Shown here piece by piece: positions 11,327-23,295 of a DNA stretch of 64,000 nt (positions are counted from its first letter, which is position 1; every line of letters starts with the position of its first letter). The DNA comes from Macrostomum lignano (lineage: Eukaryota): NCBI GenBank assembly GCA_002269645.1, contig NIVC01000797.1, positions 124,001-188,000 on the forward strand, read 5' to 3'. The notes beneath the pieces are model-generated. The model was not told the DNA's origin and did no database searches. It worked only from the letters and a program-made list of their open reading frames with translations. The translations under genes and the position numbers were made by a program.

Positions 11327-14300
11327 CTAGAGATCGCCGAAGTCGGTCGCGCCCGCCAGGTGTGCAGGCGGCGAGCAGACAAACGGGGCGGTGGAATTCG
11401 ACGACTGTTGAAAGGTATCAACAATGCTGATCAAGGTAGTCAGGGTGCCAATAACAAAGCCCATCAGGCCGAAGGACACGATGAACAGGTTCTTAGCGTG
11501 AGAGCAGGCGGAATTCCGGCTAGACGATGAGGCCGAAGATGAGCCTGGTTCGTCTGTTACGTTGTAATCGTCGGATTCTGTAAACAATGGGGGTTTGGCG
11601 TGCAATATTCGCAAGAGGGCTGTGGGGCCTTCAGCGACATGATCCCACAACCACACAGCGCTAAGGTTATTCTGCACATTCTGCTGACTCGTGAGCACAT
11701 TCAACATACATTCGGAACACCCGGCCGGTTCGGCCGGCTGGCGAAGGGGCCAGCCAAGGTTAAGTCGCAAAAATGTCCGCCCGATAAAACATAACAAATA
11801 TGCACTAATTACTAATTAGATGACGAGGCATTTAGCTTTTAGAACTACAGTTATGTTACTCCTGCCGTTTACCCAAAACTTTAGGTAAGGTTTTGCTTAG
11901 TTTTTTCATTGGTAGCTAAGCTGCATTTTTGATAGCAAAGTAAGTTGCACGGCCGGTATAAATCAGAGGGGGAGTTGCGCATGCAACAAGCCACAAATGA
12001 AAGTGTTTGAGCAGCATGGAATCGAACCAGGATGTCGTGTGGCGCGAGAGTCTAGCCATAAAATCTCATTACAGAGTAATTAACAATCGGTAATAGAAAT
12101 TAATCAATCAAATGTATAATAAAGTACTTTTAAAAGTACATTTAGATCTGGCGTCTCAGAATCACTCACCTACAATGGGGCCGCTAAACACCATGTAATC
12201 AATGATAGGCGGAAAGATCAAAGCCAGACAAGAGCTGCTGAATGCGCCAATGAGAGCAATCATTAAATCCAGGTGAGGCACAACAACGGCGGCCGCGAAG
12301 GTGAACAGCACCAGGCCGATCCTGATGGCGGCTTCGGCAACTTGCCGACGCCATGGGCCGAAAATTCGAGCGTTGGCCCAGCCGACAATGATAACAGCCG
12401 GCACGTAGAACTGCAGCCCGTAGGAGATGTACAGCGAAGCGGCAAACAGCGGCCTGATGAGCTGGTAGACCCACAACTTGTCATTAATCGTATAGGTGAT
12501 GGAGCCTTGCACGCTTTCGTTGAATTTCAAATAGCCGTAGAATCCAACAGCAGTGTAGGAGCACGTCACAATGGTCATGCCCAGCTGTAGTACGCCGGTA
12601 AAGCCGCCAAACTCCTCCGGCCTGTGCATACGGGACTCGATTGGCAATACTAGCGAAATGCCTTCGAATGCGAATATAATTAAACCGAATGCTATTGGCC
12701 ACAGATTGACCGGCTTTATTAACGCGTATTCTCTGTAGTCTGGCAGATCCTGTATAAATAATAAGATCAATTAATTTAATTAAGCTATTAACGCATCAAA
12801 CACTTCGAAAGATACGAATATGCGATTAGCTGTAGCGTGGTTGATAATAATGACACACTGTATGTAGCTAAAAAAAGTAACAAGGGCGTGAGGATGGGCA
12901 ATACAGCACGGGTGGGGTAGAGATTTTAAATTGTCCGACTAATGTACATATGCTTGAGCGGAGGATAATGTACATTGCAGGCTTGGAGCCCGGGGAACGT
13001 GACACGATGGGCAATAAAATAGGGGCAGAGAATTCACAATCTAACGACTAGTGTAGCTCGTACATAGGCTAGCGTGACCGGTAATGTACATTAAGGACGC
13101 AGCAGCTGAAACCCCCCCCCCAGTCTATGCCCAGGGGCCATAAAATTTAGTTGTAGAAAAAGTAGCGGAGCTTGCGTTAGTAGATAAAGTAATAACAAAA
13201 GTAGGAAGCCATACAAAAAAGTATCCTATTGTATTGTATCAAACAAAACTACTGAGTTAAGTAACCTATTACTAGTAGTAGCATATTTATTGTTCGACCC
13301 AATATTAAACAGACAAACTTGCCATCAAGTAGACATGCGATTAAATAATGACATTAGAAATGCAAATCAAACGTGAAATCATATTTAGCTTAGCTTATAA
13401 AATTAAATGTTAGAATACGAGCTGCTTAATAAGAGTATTAATGTCTAACGTGAGTAGATATTAATAGATTAGTAATAAAAATATAAAGACAATCGCGAAA
13501 TTAGAAACGAAAAATCTGAATCATAGAGAGGAAAGCAACAAACAAAAACTGAAACAAGTAGATAAACACGGAGGCAAAAAACACAGCCACAATTCTGACC
13601 TGCAAGCAGTAGGTAAATACGAGGACCAATCCAATAGCGGTCATCACATTAGCCAGCATTGAGAAGTAGCTCAGCAGTCTAAGATTCCGAACGAACACGT
13701 AGGGCAGAAGGCAGACCATCACCAGAACCTTATAGATATTTACATCCCAATTAGAGGAGCCCGGCTGCAGGTTGCAGTCGACTAGCTGGTGCAAATTATC
13801 CGACACGAACAGGATGTACACGCAGCAGAATCCAATTTGCGTTATCAATAATGAAACGTTCACGAATGACCTGAATGCGCCCGAGTTTAGTGGCGTTAGA
13901 ACAATAATTGAAAACGCATGTAGTTAATAACACCATATGAGCATATATATGGCACGGTTAGGGGTAGCCCGGCTCAAAGTCCTTCGTGGGTTAAGCTGCT
14001 AGACAAATAGCAAAATTACAGCAAACTTAAAATGCTACCAATGAACCATTACACAATTGCCTTAGTAGTTTTCCTGGACTCTACTTCAGTACCTGTCTTG
14101 GAGTCTACCTCAGTACCTGTCTTGGAGTCTGCCTCAGTACCTGTCTTGGAGTCTTCCTCAGTACCTGTCTTGGAGTCTGCCTCAGTACCTGTCTTGGAGT
14201 CTGCCTCAGTACCTGTCTTGGAGTCTGCCTCAGTACCTGTCTTGGAGTCGATCTCAGTACCTGTCTTGTAGTCTGTCTTAGTACCTGTCTTGGAGTCTAC

Positions 14301-15861
14301 CTCAGTAAGTACCTGTCTTACATGTCTTGGAGTTCTGTCTTAGTACCTGTCTTGGAGTCTGCCTCAGTACCTGTCTTCGAGTCTGCCTCAGCACCTGTCT
14401 GAAAGTCTACCTCAGTACTTGTCTTGGATTCCACCCTATGCGCTATGAAAAATTCAGCAAACAAATATTTGTATCTCCTAACGATAAACATATTTGTGGT
14501 GATGAAATTCTGAAATATTATTAATATGATAGTGAGATAGTCTCAAGTAACCACTCGTAACTATCAACTCGTAACTGGGTAACAAGCCAAAATAAAAAAA
14601 CGGAAAAGTAAACTGATACCCAATTTGTCCTAATAAAAGTCTTAACCATGCTTAAAAGTCTTAACGATGACAGTGCAGTGACCAGTCTAAAATAAACAAC
14701 TTGGCAATTAATTATTACTGAACAATTCTACAGAATTTTCTTAGAAATAAGTCAAAACGATCATTAAAAAACTCACTTAAGAACATTTGCTAGTTTATCC
14801 CGGCCAGGAAATCGTTGCAAAGTTGCTTCGTACATTACTTGCGAGTAGTCTAAGTAGGACACGCGTTTGCTAAAAACGATAACAAATAAAAATTGGTTAC
14901 CAGACAAGTCGAAGAAAGCGCACTAAGAAGAAGAGGCTTACATTCGACGCAAGTACTGAGCAGACCGCACCAACAAATGCATGCTGTGGGTGGCAATGCA
15001 ACCTATGGCGAGTATTGTCAATGGCCCGAGCTGCAAATTTGATAATAAATCATTATTAAACGGATGAATCATAATATTCCCTAAATATAATATAAACCTA
15101 TAGTAGAACTTACTAAAAAGCCAAGATTTTTAACAGCCACGGGCATGGCAAGTATTCCAGTGCCCAGGTTGCCTTTCAGAACGTTCATTAGGCTCGACAT
15201 GTTGCTGAAATATAATCATATAAATATTATCATATACAAGGTAGATCTGAGTTAGGGTAAATAGGGTCTGGGTTAGGGTAAAAGGGTCTGGATTAGGGTA
15301 ATAGGGTCTGGGCAAGGGTAAATAGGGTCTGGGCTAGGGTAAATAGGGTCTGGGCTAGGGTAAATAGGGTCTGGGCTAGGGTAAATAGGGTCTGGGCTAG
15401 GGTAAATAGGGTCTGGGCTAGGGTAAATAGGGTCTGGGCTAGGGTAAATAGGGTCTGGGTTAGGGTAAATAGGGTCTGGGCTAGGGTAAATAGGGTCTGG
15501 GCTAGGGTAAATAGGGTCTGGGCTAGGGTAAATAGGGTCTGGGCTAGGGTAAATAGGGTCGTGGGCTAGGGTAAAAGGGTTTGGGTTGGGATTTCATATT
15601 TTTATATCAAATGAAAATTTGACATTGCAGATCTAAACCCTGCTTAGCTATGTTTAGACAATAAAATAATCGATTTTTATTTGATAAGAAAGCAACGTAC
15701 GAATTTCTAGAATTGTCCAATCCATGCGGGTCGGACGCTTCTAGGCTGTCGTTATTAATAGACTGACTCATAGCGTTGGGCCTGTCGTCCTGATAGGCCC
15801 ATTCTGGTCCGTCCTCGCCATTGTCTGGCTGACCCGTCAGCAGGGCTGAACGCTCAGACAT
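11327..15861 (-). CDS. Proton-coupled amino-acid transporter, SLC36/PAT (Aa_trans family); exons 15861-15701, 15204-15114, 15030-14942, 14869-14777, 13870-13600, 12749-12170, 11577-11327
   Basis: Family motifs LMNVLKGNLGTGILAMP, TQIGFCCVYILFVSDNL, IFAFEGISLVLPIE, GFYGYLKF, SYGLQFYVP, LIGAFSSSCLALIFPP. All six introns are GT-AG with matching phases (2,0,2,2,0,1). Confidence 0.95.
14072..14430. repeat. 24-bp tandem repeat (CAGTACCTGTCTTGGAGTCTGCCT) in SLC36 intron 4
   Basis: Direct copies that degenerate rightwards. Confidence 0.95.
15248..15588. repeat. 21-bp G-rich tandem repeat (TAGGGTAAATAGGGTCTGGGC) in SLC36 intron 1
   Basis: About 16 direct copies. Confidence 0.95.
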
Positions 15862-16441
15862 GCTTCCTTCTTCGTCGCGCGACCGCAAACTCGTGACTAC
15901 TAGGAATTTGTTAATGAGACTTTTTGGCTCGTAGACGCAGCTGAAGTAAGAGAGGAAAAGGGTGTTCTGTACTTGCACTTTTCGTCCTTTCGTCCCCGCG
16001 CGTGGCTAGTTAATGTTCATTCGTTTATTATCTAATAAGGTAGCTATTTTTAGAACGTACAGTCCAAGGCGGGGATTCCCGCGAGGGAAATTCCAATAAA
16101 ACCTAGCTTGACACTTAAAACATTGAAAAGATTGTCTACACTGTAAAATAAAAACGAATACAGCAAAGTTAATTACTAAGGTTTGTAATTGGCCTGTAAA
16201 ATCACTAATACGGCACCGATTTTATTTACAAAAGATGAAATTAAAATCATTTTAATATTGAGTTACAATAAATAAAGAATGACTTTATTAAAACTGGGCG
16301 GAGTTTTTATGCTAAGCTACTTAGTAAGTAGTATGAAACTAGAATTTTCTCACACCCGTTGCACTTAAGCTTGTAAAAATGGTCCAGTATCAGAAATTTC
16401 GAGCTTTTGAAAAAGCCAAGTGAAAAATCTGAATTTAAATC

Positions 16442-17938
16442 CTACATAGGTGCATCGGAATAGTTAGCCAGGTGCACAACTCGATTCGGTTGGCACTCTA
16501 ATCTGCAAAGCGGGCACCTGCCGGTGAGTTGCAGACAGCGCACAATGCAAGCCCAACAGAACACGTGACCGCAGAGGGCGATTGCGCTGGCCTCAAGAAC
16601 TCGATCGCAGCACAATGGACAGATTCGATTTAATCGGCCATTGTTATTATTGGCTTCGGCTTCGAAAGTCTGCTTCTCCTGCAAAGACATCGAATCTGTT
16701 GGATTATCCGACGGCTCTGCAGTTGGAGCGGCCGCGCCTGCGGCAGCCAATGCCGAGGCTAGGGAGCGCATTTGATTAACTGCGCGCCCAGCTAAGCGCG
16801 CCAAACTCAGCCAGCCAATCAGGCGATACAGAGTCTCGGTCACGTGACCCAGGCCGGGACGACTGCGCAGATAATTAATACCCAGAACTCGCTTGCTTAA
16901 TTGATAATAGGAACCGTTGATGTAGAATAAAGCGCTGTTCAACTCGTACGCGCTGGTTGCTAGGGCGCTTAAACGGCTTAGCAATGCCAGTCGACGTCTT
17001 TGAATAGGTTCTGACAGCGTCAGATCGGAGCGACACCTGTGCTCAGCCCGTCTGAGCAGCCACAGCAACAGGTCGGGGAACAGGCACTGCAGTAGGATTA
17101 GGAATAGGCGAGCTCGACTACCGGGGAGACGGCGGCGACTGCGGTCGACCTGGCGGAGATAGACGAGATTGGTGAAGCCTAGCAACTATAAAGCAGCGGT
17201 ATAGCAACCACGTAGCAACCATAAGCAATTAAAAGAAAGCATAAGCAAGAACAAGCAACTATAAGCAACCACATAGCAATCATTAGCAACCATAAGCAAT
17301 TACATAGCAACCGCATAGCAACCGTAAGCTAGCATATGCAACCACATAGCAACTGCACAGCAATTGCATCTATATCAACCAAAAGCAACCACGTAGCAAC
17401 CGCATAGCATGCACAAGCAACAAACAGCATAGTAACTATATAGCAACGGTATAGCAACCACATAGCAACCGCATAGCAACCATAAGCAACTGAATAGAAA
17501 CCATAAGCAACTGAATAGAAACCATAAGCAACGGCATAGCAACAATAAGCAACCGTATAGAAACCATAACAACCGCTTAGCAACATTCCTAGTTCCTTAA
17601 CCATGGCGTTTGAAACCTTATCTAGAAACTTGTCCAGTCCGCACCTGCACAAGATTGACGTACTCTTCGCCAAGAGTCTGCAAGCACTGCGCAGTGGACG
17701 CCCCGTAGTACAAAGCTTTCGAGGCAACTTGACCGAAAGCAGACAGTCCCGACCTGCAGGCGGTGTAGCGCTCCAATCCCAGAACTGCCAGCGCTAATCT
17801 GTCCAGGTGCTCAGCTATCCTACTAATCCACAATTCGTCCATACGATAAGCTCGGACTAACTCCGCGTGACTTGGCAACAAACTGGATGCTGTAGTAGCA
17901 TTAGACTTTGCCGAAGTTGATGGCTCTTTAGAATCCAT
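16442..17938 (-). CDS. PEX10: Peroxisomal RING E3 ligase peroxin 10; exons 17938-17645, 17149-16442
   Basis: ELVRAYRMDE N-terminus; signature QTLGEEYVNLVQ|VD joined across a phase-0 intron; YQLSKRVLGINY; C-terminal C3HC4 RING CPLC...CGHVFCWACI...CPLCR. Confidence 0.95.
17185..17585. repeat. Degenerate low-complexity TAGCAACC-type repeat in the PEX10 intron
   Basis: Repeated ATAGCAACC/ATAAGCAAC motifs. Confidence 0.85.
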
Positions 17939-18261
17939 GATGATTAGTTTAATCAAAGCCAGTCACCCTTCATAGATACAACCAATTTTGTTGAGCGAAG
18001 CGCAGCAGAGATAAGTTTGTTTAACAATGAATTATGGAAGCCAGCTTAGCATTCAACCGTGTGTAAATTCTAAGAAAAAAACACCATTTTAACCCCTAGC
18101 TTGTCCAATGTTCATTCATTTCCATTGAATATTGGGCACCACAAGAGCCGAGTGAGTTTTCGCAGTCAAAATCTCATGACACCTTTTACTATTCGAAAGT
18201 CCTCCGTTACGATAAGATAGAAATAAAAATAAAAGGCTGTATACACTACTGATGATAGCAT

Positions 18262-18393
18262 CAGTCCTGTCTGTCTGCCGGTCATAGTGTCTGTCATAGT
18301 GTCTTAGTATCTGTCTGTCTGTCTGTCTGTCTTAGTGTTTAAGTGTCTTAGTGCCTGTCTTATCGGTCTGTCTAGCTGTCTGTCTGTCTGTCA

Positions 18394-18453
<60 letters not shown>

Positions 18454-18508
18454 ATCTGTCTGTCTTAGTGTTTTAGTGTCTTAGTGCCTGTCTTATCGGT
18501 CTGTCTAG

Positions 18509-18540
<32 letters not shown>
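18262..18540. repeat. (TCTG)n microsatellite with duplicated TTAGTG interruptions
   Basis: Direct inspection. Confidence 0.92.
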
Positions 18541-18542
<2 letters not shown>

Positions 18543-18730
18543 TTCTAAGAACTTAGAAATAGAAATATTATCGCGATTAAAACAAATGTTGAATATTGAA
18601 AAACCACATTAAAATATTAAAATCGATAGTTGGAAAAGTATATTTTTATTCTTGAACACAGAAGGCACTGGAATGTTTCTATTTCTAAAGTCCAAGTCTT
18701 TAGCTCCCGCAAGGAGATGGTTGTCACCCC

Positions 18731-19366
18731 CTACTGCAGATGCGGCGACCCAGTCGCTCTCAGACATTTGAATTCGTCAGTCTCCATGTAGGCCCGCAAC
18801 TTGGGTCTGGCGGCGAACTCCGTGTAGAATGCCTTCAATACCGGAGTGTTGTCAAGAGATTCCGGCCTGAGCAGTTGCAGGTAGTAGAGCACATCAAACA
18901 GTGCATAGTCGGCAATGGTCAGTTTACCCAGCGCCAGGTGCTTGGCCGAAGCCGGCTGAGCAGCCAGACGAGTTTCAAAGATTTCCAACATATCGGGCAG
19001 CGAGTTCAGAAACGGTTGTAGCAATTTTTCAAAGTCAATGTGCACCACGTTTAACAGACGATTGCGCAAGTCCAAGGTCTGGTCTAGCCACATGTCTACC
19101 TGGGCCTGCTCGATGCTATTAGAACCCATTAGGCCGTGCTCGCGAGCAAGGTAGCGAGCAATGGAATGCGACTGAGCAATCTGGATTGAACCATCGACTG
19201 TGAGCACTGGCAGCTGTTTGAACGGATAGTTGGGCTTGGCAGCCGGCCAATTGGCTCTGTCGTACTCGGTGTACTTGTATGGAATGCCCTGATCGGCCAG
19301 CATCAGGCGGATTAGATTGGCTTTACCCTTGGCTGGCAAGTAGGTCAATTCGTATTTCTGCGACAT
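18731..19366 (-). CDS. Glutathione S-transferase, Pi-like (GST1), intronless, 211 aa
   Basis: YELTYLPAKG (catalytic Tyr position), LMLADQG, PFKQLP, QSHSIARYLAR, LTIADYALFD; ATG at 19366; TATAAAA upstream at about 19486-19492 on the minus strand. Confidence 0.95.
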   Translation of the reverse strand: MSQKYELTYLPAKGKANLIRLMLADQGIPYKYTEYDRANWPAAKPNYPFKQLPVLTVDGSIQIAQSHSIARYLAREHGLMGSNSIEQAQVDMWLDQTLDLRNRLLNVVHIDFEKLLQPFLNSLPDMLEIFETRLAAQPASAKHLALGKLTIADYALFDVLYYLQLLRPESLDNTPVLKAFYTEFAARPKLRAYMETDEFKCLRATGSPHLQ

Positions 19367-19817
19367 AATCAATATTTTCTCCGATATAAGCTTAGTTGTT
19401 ATAAGTTGCTTCTGGTGTTATCTCGTAAGCGACGCAAAAGTCAACTTGCTTTTCGAGGCCAGCAACACGCTCAAGGTGTAAGAGTTTTATAGCTAACCCA
19501 CTTCGATTGAAAAGCCGCGAGTCGCTTTAGTTGATCAAACGTCTTCCAAAGTCCACCCCACAGCTTTGCACAAGCAGCAAAGTGTTATAGTGTTATCTAA
19601 GTGTTTTGTGTGGCAAATTTAAACCTGATAATCTAAACAAAAGTAAAATTTCTACAGTATAAACAAATACAAATTGTTCGCATGGAGACCAGCCATAACG
19701 AAAAAGTTCAAAATGTTGAGCGCGCATCTCGAAAATAAAAATTTCAAATACCTGGTACCTCTGAATTCCGAATCAATCTGATAAGTAGAAATTGAAATAA
19801 AAATTACCAGCAGCTTT

Positions 19818-21570
19818 GACTAGAATCTCCTTACAGAATGACCGACAGTTCTATGACTAGAACCTCCTTACAGAATGACCGACAGCTCTATGACTAGAAC
19901 CTCCTTACAGAATGACCGACAGCTCTATGACTAGAACCTCCTTACAGAATGACCGACAGCTCTATGACTAGAACCTACTTACAGAATGACCGACAGCTCT
20001 ATGACTAGAACCTACTTACAGAATGACCGACAGCTCTATGACTAGAACCTCCTTACAGAATGACCGACAGCTCTATGACTAGAACCTACTTACAGAATGA
20101 CCGACAGCTCTATGACTAGAACCTCCTTACAGAATGACCGACAGCTCTATGACTAGAACCTACTTACAGAATGACCGACAGCTCTATGACTAGAACCTAC
20201 TTACAGAATGACCGACAGCTCTATGACTAGAACCTACTTACAGAATGACCGACAGCTCTATGACTAGAACCTCCTTACAGAAATGACCGACAGCTCTATG
20301 ACTAGAACCTACTTACAGAAATGACCTGCAGCTCTATGACTAAAATCTCCTTACAGAAATGACCTGCAGCTCTATGACTAAAATCTCCTTACAGAAATGA
20401 CCTGCAGCTCTATGACTAGAACCTCCTTACAGAATGACCGACAGCTCTATGACTAAAACCTACTTACAGAAATGACCGGCAACTCTATGACTAGAACCTA
20501 CTTACAGAAATGACCTGCAGCTCTATGACTAGAACCTCCTTACAGAATGACCGACAGCTCTATGACTAGAACCTCCTTACAGAATGACCGACAGCTCTAT
20601 GACTAGAACCTCCTTACAGAAATGACCGACAGCTCTATGACTAGAACCTCCTTACAGAAATGACCAGCAGCTCTATGACTAGAACCTCCTTACAGAAATG
20701 ACCGACAGCTCTATGACTAGAACCTCCTTACAGAAATGACCTGCAGCTCTATGACTAGAACCTCCTTACAGAATGACCGACAGCTCTATGACTAGAACCT
20801 ACTTACAGAAATGACCGGCAACTCTACGAGTATGACTAGAACCTCCTTACAGAAATGACCTGCAGCTCTATGACTAGAACCTCCTTACAGAATGACCGAC
20901 AGCTCTATGACTAGAACCTACTTACAGAAATGACCGGCAACTCTACGAGTATGACTAGAACCTACTTACAGAAATGACCTGCAGCTCTATGACTAGAATC
21001 TCCTTACAGAAATAACCTGCTGCTCTATGACTAAAATCTCCTTACAGAAATTACCGGCAGTTCTATGACTAGAACCTACTTACAGAAATGACCTGCAGCT
21101 CTATGACTAGAATCTCCTTACAGAAATAACCTGCTGCTCTATGACTAAAATCTCCTTACAGAAATTACCGGCAGTTCTATGACTAGAACCTACTTACAGA
21201 AATGACCTGCAGCTCTATGACTAGAATCTACTTACAGAAATGACCAGCAGCTCTATGACTAAAATCTCCTTACAGAAATTACCGGCAGTTCTATGACTAG
21301 AACCTACTTACAGAAATGACCTGCAGCTCTATGACTAAAATCTCCTTACAGAAATTACCGGCAGTTCTATGACTAGAACCTACTTACAGAAATGACCTGC
21401 AGCTCTATGACTAAAATCTCCTTACAGAAATGACCTGCAGCTCTATGACTAAAATCTCCTTACAGAAATGACCTGCAGCTCTATGACTAAAATCTCCTTA
21501 CAGAAATGACCTGCAGCTCTATGACTAAAATCTCCTTACAGAAATGACCTGCAGCTCTATGACTAGAATA
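19818..21570. repeat. 37-38 bp minisatellite (CTATGACTAGAACCTCCTTACAGAATGACCGACAGCT)
   Basis: About 46 direct copies between GST1 and GST2. Confidence 0.97.
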
Positions 21571-21583
21571 TCCTTAACAAAAC

Positions 21584-22173
21584 CAAGGACCACTAGAAGA
21601 AGAAGGACGGGACACTTCGTTTCTTGGAAATTTTATTAAAGGCTGATTTTCACGGAAAAATGCACTAGCGAGCTGGGAACATTTCACATTTTTTACTTTA
21701 AAATGGTGATAGCTTTTTATTGGAAGCAGATACAAAGCTCTTCTTTTGATATAAATTACAAAACATGTTGCTCCAACGGATTTTATAAAGATTTTTTTTG
21801 AATAATTGATCTTCATATTATTTTAGTTACTATAGCTACTTATTTTATATAAAAAGTATAAAACTAAAATGAATAAGCAGTGAATTGGGCAGCCAACAGT
21901 TTTTTTAATGACATATTGCTAAAATAGATGCATTTGATTAATAATATGAAGATCAATTATTCAAAAAAATCTTTATAAAATCCGTTGAAGCAACATGTTT
22001 TGTAAGTTATATCAAAAGAAGAGCTTTGTATCTGCTTCCAATAAAAAGCTATCACCATTTTAAAGTGAAAAAAAAGTGAAAATTTCCTATCTCGCTAGTG
22101 CATTTTTCCGTGAAAATCAGCCTTAATTTCCAAGAAACGAAGTGTCCCGCCTTTCTTCTTCTAGTGGTCCTTG
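21584..22173. mobile_element. Non-autonomous foldback DNA transposon (P-superfamily-like), ~235-bp TIRs, 8-bp TSD
   Basis: Arms 21584-21822 and 21940-22173 are near-perfect inverted repeats starting CAAGGACCACTAG; AACAAAAC is duplicated at 21576-21583 and 22174-22181. Confidence 0.9.
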
Positions 22174-22662
22174 AACAAAACATGAAATCGTGAAGACGTC
22201 ATTATAATAAAATTGAAAAGATGTATTTTTTTAATTTAAAGACTATTGGCCATAGATAAAAGGGTTATTATTAATAATACAAATATGAAAACAGATATAT
22301 GTATTAGAGTAGAAAAAATAAATAACCATTTATCAAAAAGAGGGAAAACTGAGGCTGAAGTTGTTTTCAAGTTGAAGAAAGCGGCTTTTGCAATTTGTTG
22401 ATAACAATAAAAAAATTATAACGGGAAAATATTGCAGGAAGCAAACAGATAGGACTAGGCTTATAAAATATGAAAACAGCCATTATTGATTAGCAATTGA
22501 TAGTAAAAAATAAATTACTCCAACACCTCAACAAAGTGAAATCAATTTTTTTGCGTGCATTGTTATAATGGCAAAATGAATACTTTGAGTAAATTTTATT
22601 AAGCGTCTAGAGACGGTGGTTCAATCAAACTCAAACCACATTCACTACTCAAACTTCACTAC

Positions 22663-23295
22663 TCAAAGATGATCTGTCCCAGTGAACTTGGCCTCCTTAA
22701 TGTCGTCACGGTTGAGGAAGGCGGCGATTTTCTCGCGACCGCCAAAAGCTTCGTAGAACGCCTTGACAGAGGGCAGACTGTCGGAGCAGCTGGGGCTCAG
22801 AGCCACCAGAGCTAGCAGCAGGTCGAAGAAAATGTAATCAACAAGGGTAATCTTGCCAAGCAACAGGTGAGTCCTGTCCTCCTGACTCGCCAGCTGCTTC
22901 TCAAACGGTTCCAGTAGGGCTGGAACAGACTCTAGAAACGGCTGCTTGCCGGCCTCATAGTTTTCGTAGATCATTCGCAAAAACTTCATTCGAATGTCGA
23001 TTGTCTGATCGATCCACATTTCAATTTGGGCCTGCTCGATGTTGTTGCTACCCATTAGGCCGTGCTCGCGGCCAAGGTAGCGAGCGATGGTGTGAGACTG
23101 AGATATTTTAGTTTCGCCATTGATCGTGAGCACTGGAAGTTGGCCAAATGGCGTTGTAGGCTTCACTTCAGCCCAGGTGTCCTTAGTGATTAAGTTGAAC
23201 TTGTACTCAATAGACTGGTCCTCCAAGATCAGACGGATCATGTTGCCCAGGCCTTTCACTGGGAAATAGGTCAGCTCGTAGGTGTTGCTGGACAT
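22663..23295 (-). CDS. Glutathione S-transferase, Pi-like (GST2), intronless, 210 aa
   Basis: YELTYFPVKG, TPFGQLP, QSHTIARYLGR, ITLVDYIFFD; complete ORF. Confidence 0.95.
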   Translation of the reverse strand: MSSNTYELTYFPVKGLGNMIRLILEDQSIEYKFNLITKDTWAEVKPTTPFGQLPVLTINGETKISQSHTIARYLGREHGLMGSNNIEQAQIEMWIDQTIDIRMKFLRMIYENYEAGKQPFLESVPALLEPFEKQLASQEDRTHLLLGKITLVDYIFFDLLLALVALSPSCSDSLPSVKAFYEAFGGREKIAAFLNRDDIKEAKFTGTDHL

